Below are positions 1 to 10,499 of a DNA stretch of 64,000 nt, piece after piece. Within the stretch, counting starts at the first letter, position 1. The number at the start of each line of letters is the position of its first letter. Origin of the DNA: Haliotis rufescens (taxonomy: Eukaryota); the NCBI RefSeq assembly GCF_023055435.1, contig NW_025963979.1:5394001-5458000 (forward strand), in the 5' to 3' direction. Under the pieces are notes generated by a model. That model searched no databases and was not told the origin of the DNA. It was given only the letters and a program-made list of their open reading frames with translations. Both the position numbers and the translations under genes were made by a program.

Positions 1-489
1 CATTGCATTTAGAAAGAAAATAATTGTCACAGCAGTTTGAATTAACACTGATAAATTTTATTATAAATAATAGATCCCAAAGCTTTTGAGTATTCATAAA
101 GGTGTTCCAAGAAGGCTGGAAGTGGTAGCTAGAACCTTCAGAATAAGGAATTCTTAATGATGAGAAACAAAATCTGAAATGTTTCCCCCACCTGCCAGTC
201 AGGATTTTTCACACAAAAATCCTTAAACCAAGAAATAATGGCTTCAACAAGTTTCTCATCTGAAGGTGAAATAAAAGCAACAAAACCCTCTCATGAGACA
301 TATCCACAAAAAGCAAGTGATTGTACGATTCCAAATCTATCATGAACAAGCGTTTATGAGTCACTATCAAATAATGATGAAACCAGGTGTTTGTAAAAAG
401 GTAAGCGTGTCCTGCCCCAACAGTAACACCCATCACAAATACCTGCAAAAGCAAGTCATGTTCATATTCTGTTTCAGTGCATGTATGGA

Positions 490-681
490 AACTAGAAATG
501 AAATAATATTTTAGATAAATTTTAGGCTTTTGAGCAAAACATTATTTTCCTGGTAAAGAACATGAAAACCAAGATTTGTTCAGCTTCAACTAGAAATGAA
601 ATAATATTTGAAATAAATTATAGGCTTTGAACAAAACATGTTGTTAAGACTTCAATAAAATAAGTCCAGATTTGTTCAGCA
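490..681. repeat. Diverged 2-copy tandem duplication, about 98 bp
   Basis: aactagaaatgaaataatattt...agatttgttcagc occurs twice. Confidence 0.75.
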
Positions 682-1295
682 GGTTTTATCCAGTGACAAA
701 GCAGTGTAAGTTGCCAGGTCATTCACTTGGCAGTTATATAAACAGTCTGAATGAATAAGAGAGTAAGCATTGACTTAGATTAATTTTTTTTTATAGCTAT
801 GTGGCAAGTTGTAAAGCACAAGACGGTGACATGTGGCAGTGTCATGAACTGATATCCTGTTTGTATTGTAGTGTATGGGAAGTAAGCAAGGGGAAAATAT
901 GTTGTGCATGCTGTATAATCTCAGGCTCATGGCCTCATTCATCCAGGTCTGTCTGCATATTTGGTAAGATAATGGCATTTTTAAGTGAGTCAAACACATA
1001 TTTTTAACAAAATTGGTTCTCCAAAATAAAGCTGAATTCTAAACCCCAACAAGTCACAGACATTAGACTATTGGTTATCGCTTTTCATACTTCAGTTACC
1101 AACTTTGGACTGATTTGTCAAGTCCTGGGTGTGATGAGTACCCCAGACATTGCCAAATATATGGATAGGAAAATTGGACAGATTTGTTGTTTCTAGAGTT
1201 ATGTTAAAATATTTGCCCTTCTGTGATAATATTCATTACCAGGGTTAGGGAAGTGTTGCTGATGACAATTTCCATGGTGAACTTCTATCCCAGTT

Positions 1296-1730
1296 CAGAG
1301 CTACAGATAAGCTGCATATTTGCATAAAATATTCCCCCAAAATATTCAAAACCCAATTAGTTTCAATTAACTTGTGTACAAAAATGCATGCATTTAATGG
1401 AAAACTCAAATGTATAAAAACAGCATGTGTAAATACTCAATGAAGCTTTTTGAGCATGCGTACAATGAAGCAAATTTCCGAAACACAATTATGGGCTAAT
1501 TTACTTTCCGAGTCAAGCCTATAGTTAGAACCCTTATATACATATAAAACATTATTTTTTATTTGGTTTAAAATCTCAAAATGTTTACTCATTTTGGGGA
1601 AAAAAACCAATAGAGTGATGAATAGATGAGTGAAAAAATATTGGTTACCCATTGAAAAATGTAATAACCCAATAAAAATAGAAACCTTCAAGTAAAAACT
1701 CAATTGCTCAAAAATTCACCTGGAGCTCTG
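1296..1730. mobile_element. Short non-autonomous TIR element (MITE)
   Basis: Termini CAGAGCT(A/C)CAG ... CTGGAGCTCTG; flanking direct repeat CCAGTT at 1290-1295 and 1731-1736. Confidence 0.6.
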
Positions 1731-2013
1731 CCAGTTCTGTCAAGATAGATAAGGAGACCTCTTTTACTTTTGTATCCGGATTTGACTGACCACAATCAGG
1801 AAACATAAACAGTAGTTTTTATTTTCATTTTCTTTTTATGATGACTAGGTCTTTGATGGATTAGAAAATTGATAAGGTACAACTACAAAAATCCAACAAA
1901 GTATTAACAGTTTAAATAACAACTGATGTAATTCCTTGTACATAGTCTCTGGGCACTACTATCTTGATGTGGAGAACACTAAGCCGTCTCTGACAGTAGT
2001 AAGTATACATGTG

Positions 2014-2266
2014 ACCCGTGAAGATCCGGAGTAGAATAGGTCTTCAGCAACCCATGCTTGCCGTAACAGGCGACTATGCTTGTCGTAAGAGGTGACTAAC
2101 GGGATTGGGTAGTCAGGCTTGCTGACTTGGTTGATGCATGTCATCGATCCCAATTGCGTGGATCGATGCTCATGATGTCAATCTCTGGATTGTCTGGTCC
2201 ACTGTCAGACCACTGTCATATAACTGAAATATTGCTCACTGTGGCATTAAACAACAAACGACAAAC
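2014..2266 (+). mobile_element. Retroposon family A (Meta/MESC-domain-like, no tRNA head)
   Basis: TSD ATACATGTG at 2005-2013 and 2267-2275; (CAAA)n tail; homologous to 41901-42170 and 42193-42462. Meta-domain resemblance is from memory. Confidence 0.8.
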
Positions 2267-3406
2267 ATACATGTGCCTGTAAAAGTAGTTGACATTCTGC
2301 AGGTTTAACAGAATCAGCATATATTTTCCCTACTAAACCAACTGACCCAAACAACTAGCATGACTATATGCCAAAATAAAAGTTAATATACTATGCAAAA
2401 CAAATAGCATTTAGAAGTTGAGGGGAATTGTTTTAGCAAAATATGATACTTTAAGATACTTTTATTAAAACATATTTACACAGCGAGTGATTTCACTATG
2501 CGTCTTTGAGTGTGTGTATGTCACTGGATAATTATATATGTGTGCACTAGCACAATAGAATGCACATTATTTTTCCAGTAAACATTACAATGAAACTATT
2601 TTGATTTTTAGAATACCTGTTACATACTTTGCTTATATGAGACAGACATTCTTAAGGACAAATCTTGATCATGGCCATATTAAAATCCATCTAATCATAA
2701 CAATCAAGGATAAAGACAATGACCCTGCCAACCTCCTGTAGGTGGTTCTCAGTATTCAAAATAATTATATCTTTTGAAATGGACGCATTGCTGTATGCTG
2801 CAGTGTATGATATGGAACAAGTCCTGTAATTGTGTAGTGTCTAGTTACCTGGTTAGAGGGTATGTTTGGGGGTACACAGGTAGGGATGTGTGGGTCAATC
2901 ACCGGTAATCTGCTTATACCACAATGACACATGTTGAGTGGAACGGCTTGATTTAGCTTATTTACCAGCACTTTGTCTGGTCTCACCTCTATAGGTCTGT
3001 GGAGGTCGTACCTATTTATGCACCCAAACTCAGATCACTAGTACCTATATTAAATATATACAGAATATTTGTGTTTACTTCCTTGCATTTACTTGTGCAC
3101 ATTTCAAATAACATATTTTCAGTAATTTTATGTCCCTATGTCTTATTTAGGTTGAAACTAGAATTGTTGATCAGAAATAAGAATTGTTGCCATTGTTTAT
3201 TCACACCTAGTTGATGTTTCAGTGCTGATATTAGCATGTGTTTAAGATGTGTAAATAAAGAAGTCATTCATACTATTGTTTCTGTTTTTTTGTACTAACT
3301 AAAAAATGCCAATGGAATTTGTTGTGATTATTGAAAGATCAACTATTAATAGGTAGTACGAACCTAGTCTTATTTCCATATTAATATATATGAAATTAGG
3401 TTTGAT

Positions 3407-3737
3407 ATGTAACAAATGTTATATTTGGGATAACACTTTCTTAGTAAAGTACAGGGAGCCATGCCAATTTACGCTTGTCAGAGGGGTACTCAAAGTACGT
3501 GATCTAGACTACCAGTTGTCAGACTTTCATTTTTGTGGAAGCCTCGGTGGCTGAGTGGGTTAGATCAATGACTTTGTGTGCTGGCGATTAGGTGCCTCAC
3601 TCTGGCAAGTGTGGGTTCAAATCCCTGATGGGACTCAACCCCAAAAAGTATGCGATTCTGTACTTTACTAAGAAAGTGTTATCCCAAATATAACATTTGT
3701 TACATTTTACCACTTTCTAAATGGTATTGCATATTCA
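3407..3737. mobile_element. Insertion with perfect 48-bp inverted repeats enclosing a tRNA-like sequence
   Basis: IR 3407-3454 / 3658-3705; A box TGGCTGAGTGG and B box GGTTCAAATCC within about 3541-3630; flanking direct repeat TAGGTTTGATATG at 3397-3409 and 3738-3750. Confidence 0.7.
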
Positions 3738-3894
3738 TAGGTTTGATATGAACTATTGATGTGAAATTTCAGGGCATTAATGATGTGTTGTCAGTGATTG
3801 TGTCCCAGTCTGTGTACTTGCGTACACTATAATCTACCAGTCTAACCTGTTCCTCCTGCTCCATGGTCTTGCACTTGAGGCTGTGTAACATGAC

Positions 3895-5810
3895 GAGTTG
3901 TTGATATGGGCTATACCTTCCTGCTACACACAGTGAGGCTTTGTTATAGTACAGGGATTGCTGATATGGGCTATACCTTCCTGCTACACACAGTGAGGCT
4001 TTGTTATAGTACAGGGATTGCTGATATGGGCTATACCTTCCTGCTACACACAGTGAGGCTTTGTTATAGTACAGGGATTGCTGATATGGGCTATACCTTC
4101 CTGCTACACACAGTGAGGATGTGTTATATCACAGGGGTTGCTGATAGGGGTTCAATCTTCCTGCTACACACAGTGAGGCTTTGTTATAGTACAGCGATTG
4201 CTGATATGGGCTATACCTTCCTGCTACACACAGTGAGGCTTTGTTATAGTACAGGGATTGCTGATATGGGCTATACCTTCCTGCTACACACAGTGAGGAT
4301 GTGTTATATCACAGGGGTTGCTGATATGGGTTCTATCTTCCTGCTACACACAGTGAGGCTTTGTTATAGTTCAGGGATTGCTGATATGGGCTATACCTTC
4401 CTGCTACACACAGTGAGGCTTTGTTATAGTACAGGGATTGCTGATATGGGCTATACCTTCCTGCTACACACAGTGAGGATGTGTTATATCACAGGTGTTG
4501 CTGACAGGGGTTCTATCTTCCAGCTACACACAGTGAGGCTGTTATATCACAGGGGTTGCTGATACGGGTTCTATCTTCCTGCTACACACAGTGAGGCTGT
4601 TATATCACAGGTGTTGCTGATATGGGTTCTATCTTCCTGCTACACACAGTGAGGCTGTTATATCACAGGGGTTGCTGATACGGGTTCTATCTTCCTACTA
4701 CACACAGTGAGGCTGTTATATCACAGGGGTTGCTGATACGGGTTCTATCTTCCAGCTACACACAGTGAGGCTGTTATATCACAGGGGTTGCTGATACGGG
4801 TTCTATCTTCCTACTACACACAGTGAGGCTGTTATATCACAGGGGTTGCTGATACGGGTTCTATCTTCCTACTACACACAGTGAGGCTGTTATATCACAG
4901 GGGTTGCTGATACGGGTTCTATCTTCCTACTACACACAGTGAGGCTGTTATATCACAGGGGTTGCTGATACGGGTTCTATCTTCCAGCTACACACAGTGA
5001 GGCTGTTATATCACAGGGGTTGCTGATACGGGTTCTATCTTCCTACTACACACAGTGAGGCTGTTATATCACAGGGGTTGCTGATACGGGTTCTATCTTC
5101 CAGCTACACACAGTGAGGCTGTTATATCACAGGGGTTGCTGATACGGGTTCTATCTTCCTACTACACACAGTGAGGCTGTTATATCACAGGGGTTGCTGA
5201 TACGGGTTCTATCTTCCTACTACACACAGTGAGGCTGTTATATCACAGGGGTTGCTGATACGGGTTCTATCTTCCTACTACACACAGTGAGGCTGTTATA
5301 TCACAGGGGTTGCTGATACGGGTTCTATCTTCCTACTACACACAGTGAGGCTGTTATATCACAGGGGTTGCTGATACGGGTTCTATCTTCCAGCTACACA
5401 CAGTGAGGCTGTTATATCACAGGGGTTGCTGATACGGGTTCTATCTTCCTACTACACACAGTGAGGCTGTTATATCACAGGGGTTGCTGATACGGGTTCT
5501 ATCTTCCAGCTACACACAGTGAGGCTGTTATATCACAGGGGTTGCTGATACGGGTTCTATCTTCCTACTACACACAGTGAGGCTGTTATATCACAGGGGT
5601 TGCTGATACGGGTTCTATCTTCCTACTACACACAGTGAGGCTGTTATATCACAGGGGTTGCTGATACGGGTTCTATCTTCCTACTACACACAGTGAGGCT
5701 GTTATATCACAGGGGTTGCTGATACGGGTTCTATCTTCCTACTACACACAGTGAGGCTGTTATATCACAGGGGTTGCTGACAGGGGTTCTATCATCCTGC
5801 CACACACAGT
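3895..5810. repeat. Minisatellite: 60-bp unit (about 10 copies) switching to 58-bp unit (about 22 copies)
   Basis: ctgatatgggctataccttcctgctacacacagtgaggctttgttatagtacagggattg, then ctgatacgggttctatcttcctactacacacagtgaggctgttatatcacaggggttg. Confidence 0.97.
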
Positions 5811-8391
5811 TCATATCCTTCAACTATGTATGATTTATTTTTGGACAATGTTCTTGTTTGTCTAAATATACAAATCCATTCACTTAGGACCAGGCTCATA
5901 CGTCAAAGTCTTTTCTATTTACAGCTTTATTATTTCCACATTTTTGAGTTGGCAAACTATAATCTCATGAGACCAAAACCGATTGTTATGTTACCTTGAA
6001 GATCTGCCGAAGACTTAAGTACGAATAAGATATTTATGCTGTCTTTGATTGAAAATATTGTTAATGTCAGCGTTTGATATTGATATATTATTATTTCAAA
6101 TGTTGTTTTACAAAATTAACCTTAAATCACCCCTGACAACTTTCAAACATGTAAATTGCTGTTCCTGCATCTTGAAACCTATTACTCCATACATTAACTC
6201 CCAATGTGAGTATTTGTATGTAGGACTATAGCAAGTCTCCCACTTGCGTCAGATTGTACAATTCCATTACCACAGGACATTTGCATTTATGCTGATATTT
6301 AAACAGGCTGTAATGGTCTTTGTCTTCCATTACATTTGTCATGTTGCCACAGTAAGAACTACCATAAATTGTAAATATGCCACAGATTGGAGAATGAGTG
6401 AGTGAGTGAGTTAAGATTTATAGTCACATCGGCAGTATCAGCCATATCGTGACTAAAGATTGGAGAATGAACTGTATGTCCAATCATACATGGAGTCTTA
6501 CATGAACATAGTTTGATCTCTGTGACAACCTTCATTACACTGTCATCCTGGGATGTGCACAGGTTGCCCTTGTGTGGAGGACTTGTTTGTGATGGCAGTG
6601 TTACCTGGTTGCTAGGACTCACATTTTTTATGTGATTCAAGAGAATAAGATCAATGAACGTTTAGGAGAAATTTAACTGAAGCATCTGAATCACATGACA
6701 TGGCTCATGCACATCAGGGGACATTATTGTGCTCTTTTCTTGTTAACATTAGATTGAAATATTCTGATGCTGGTCTTCTGTATTACCAGTAGGTAAAGAT
6801 GTTTTGAATGGGATAATGTAAAAAGAAATACTCAATATTGTTCATGTTATTTAATGTAAATAATACAAAGTGAAATTAAATCAGCAATATGTGCTAAAAA
6901 GGATTGATATAAACTGGAAATATTTTAAATAATATGCTGTTCCATTCATCAAGTGATTGCTCAAGGTGCTACATTGTTTACAGACTGAAATTTAGAGAAG
7001 TGCCAGTTTGGTACAATGTATCTAATGGAAAAATAAGATAGTAACAGACTTAAGACATGTTAAGTTCTTTTGTCAGTAATGAAAAGTAGATTAATGTTGC
7101 ATTTTGACAAGAAACATGTATCACTTCAGCATCAAGCTCCGAATTTACTTGTAAAAGATGATGACACAAAGGTGCAATGATATTTCTCAGATCAGAGTCA
7201 CAAACTCACACCGATAATCTTAAATAATTCAATACATACATATATTTGAAATTCCATTATCCCACTTGGATAGGGAGTTGTTTTTCTTAATTGTGTGTAT
7301 AGAAACCACTTGATTACCAAGCCTGTGACGTGTGTATTGTAGTGGAGATGTTATGGTTGATGGGGCCCTGATTGCTTCATCACCACAAGGAGATAATCAT
7401 GATAAGAGGGGAATAAACTCCACATATCCGTCCTACTGTCTGTCAGCTACCTGGGTGACAGTGTCTCCAACATGGATGCTTGGAGGAGAGAGTGACGGAT
7501 GTCTGGATGATAACACCATATCACACTAGTTATACTTTCTTTTGTTTTCTGGCATCTAGATGTGATTTTGCTGATGGAGAGAATTAAGGTATGATCAGGT
7601 TGTGATTACTACTGGTGGGAAAAGATTGTTGTAGGTTATTGTAAGATAGCAAGTGCTATAAGGCTTCTCTGTCGGTAGAACCTGATTAAGATTAGTCTAC
7701 TGTGAGAAGTTTGCGTTAGTTATGATCAGTTCACACCAACTAAGTAACCATGTCTACTCCATTCAATGTTTGTTTACTAATTTTAGTTGCACATTGGCCT
7801 TTGGTAATTGTCTGGTCACATTATTAATTGTGAAGTCTGTTCTTGTTTCAATCATTACGTGTGAACTGTCTCCTAGTTCAGTCAGAGTTTCCCAGATGTT
7901 ATTTCCTCAGGTAGCCAACAGGACAAGCACCTCAAAAGTCACCAGTTCCACAAAATGTGTTACAACTATACATGTATAACTATAAGACATTGGCTTTAGA
8001 GAAAAACACACAATCATGTAGCCAATATTTCACAATTTTTATTTCTAAACTATGGTCATGATAAATGTGTTCTGGCATGTGCTTCAAGTGGATGTTTAGC
8101 TTTTATATTTGTTGGGTCATTGTGCTAAAGTTGAGCATGCTGCTCATAGAACATGTAGAATGGGTTTAACTGCAGATGCTGGGCAGCAGTAGCATTAAGA
8201 CCTTTACAATTTAACAAGTTGGATTCATTTAGTCTTTCCCATGAATGCACCTTGTTGTTATGCTAACTCATTATGTATACATACGAATCTAGCAGCTAGA
8301 GATTACCCTGAGTAAGTCTGAGATTCACATTCCTCGAGGTCACTAGTTCCAACATACAGACATACACCAAATAAGGGCTCCGTGTCAATGG

Positions 8392-10335
8392 GCCCATACC
8401 GAAGTCCACCCATACCATAGTCTCCCGTACCGTAGTCCCCCCATACCATAGTCTCCCCATACCATAGTCTCCCATACCGTAGTCCCCCCATACCATAGTC
8501 TCCCCAAACCATAGTCCCCCCATACCATAGTCTCCCCTACCGTAGTCCCCCCATACCATAGTCTCCCCATACCGTAGTCCCCCCATACCATAGTCTCCCC
8601 ATACCATAGTCCCCCCATACCATAGTCTCCCCATACCATAGTCCCCCCATACCATAGTCTCCCCATACCATAGTCCCCCCATACCATAGTCTCCCCAAAC
8701 CATAGTCTCCCCATACCATAGTCTCCCATACCGTAGTCCCCCCATACCATAGTCTCCCCATACCATAGTCCCCCCATACCATAGTCTCCCGTACCATAGT
8801 CTCCCCATACCATAGTCCCCCCATACCATAGTCTCCCATACCGTAGTCCCCCCATACCATAGTCTCCCATACCGTAGTCCCCCCATACCATAGTCTCCCC
8901 ATACCATAGTCTCCCCATACCATAGTTCCCCCATACCATAGTCTCCCATACCGTAGTCCCCCCATACCATAGTCTCCCCATACCATAGTCCCCCCATACC
9001 ATAGTCTCCCATACCGTAGTCCCCCCATACCATAGTCTCCCATACCGTAGTCCCCCCATACCATAGTCTCCCCATACCATAGTCCCCCCATACCATAGTC
9101 CCCCCCATACCATAGTCTCCCCATACCATAGTCCCCCCATACCATAGTCTCCCCATACCATAGTCTCCCATACCGTAGTCCCCCCATACCATAGTCTCCC
9201 GGTACCATAGTTTCCCATACCATAGTCTCCCCATACCATAGTCCCCCCATACCATAGTCTCCCCTACCGTAGTCCCCCCATACCATAGTCTCCCCATACC
9301 GTAGTCCCCCCATACCATAGTCTCCCCTACCATAGTCCCCCCATACCATAGTCTCCCCTACCATAGTCTCCCCATACCATAGTCTCCCATACCATAGTCT
9401 CCCCTACCATAGTCTCCCATACCATAGTCTCCCCATACCGTAGTCTCCCCTACCATAGTCTCCCATACCATAGTCTCCCCATACCGTAGTCTCCCCTACC
9501 ATAGTCTCCCATACCATAGTCTCCCCATACCGTAGTCTCCCGGTACCATAGTCTCCCATACCATAGTCTCCCCATACCATAGTCCCCCCCTACCATAGTC
9601 TCCAATACCATAGTCTCCCCTACCATAGTCCCCCCATACCATAGTCCCCCCATACCATAGTCTCCCATACCATAGTCTCCCCATACCGTAGTCCCCCCAT
9701 ACCATAGTCTCCCCTACCGTAGTCCCCCCATACCATAGTCTCCCATACCATAGTCCCCCCATACCGTAGTCCCCCCATACCATAGTCTCTCATTTTGTAG
9801 TCCCCCCCATACCATAGTCTCCCATACCGTAGTCCCCCCATACCATAGTCTCCCATACCATAGTCTCTAATACTGTAGTCCCCCCATACCATAGTCTCCC
9901 ATACCATAGTCCCCCCATACCGTAGTCCCCCCATACCATAGTCTCTCATTTTGTAGTCCCCCCCATACCATAGTCTCCCATACCCTAGTCCCCCCATACC
10001 ATAGTCTCCCATACCATAGTCTCTAATACTGTAGTCCCCCCATACCATAGTCTCCCATACCATAGTCTCCCATACCATAGTCCCTACATACCATAGTCTC
10101 TCATTTTGTAGTCCCCCCCCCCCCCATACCATAGTCTCCCATACCATAGTCCCTACATACCGTAGTCCCCCCATACCATAGTCTCCCATACCATAGTCTC
10201 TCATACTGTAGTCTTCCCCATACCATAGCCCCCCCCATACCGTAGTCCCCCCATACCATAGTCTCCCATACCATAGTCCCCCCATACCGTAGTCCCCCCC
10301 ATACCGTAGTCTCCTATACCTAGTCTCACATACCA
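8392..10335. repeat. C-rich 14-16-bp satellite (CCATACCATAGTCTC/CCC)n
   Basis: Direct inspection; ends about 84 bp before the E1 acceptor. Confidence 0.97.
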
Positions 10336-10418
10336 TATTTGTAGCAGAGAGTTGTATAAGACTGTTTATAGTTGCTATGAGTTGTGCCATGTTACTAAAC
10401 TAGAGATATCCCTTGCAG

Positions 10419-10499
10419 GTTGCCTGCCGGATACGGCCTATGAGTGAAGATGAGATTATGCAAGGAGCTAGCCCTATTGCATATAAAGTGGAGGAAAGC
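10419..10499 (+). CDS. KIF19: KIF19 exon E1 (in window): [27 protein letters not shown]
   Basis: ccttgcag|GTT ... AGC|gtaagt; 81 nt; kinesin beta1 RxRP motif. Confidence 0.92.

Noticed and set aside
3906-4562. 218-aa repeat ORF (likewise 33069..33839)
   Set aside because: Unit length is a multiple of 3 without stops by chance; inside minisatellites, with no exon support.
8296-10390. Long minus-strand Gly/Tyr/Trp-rich ORFs resembling shell-matrix proteins
   Set aside because: The same peptides appear in all three frames and units vary 14-16 nt with no frame conservation or signal peptide; satellite artefact.
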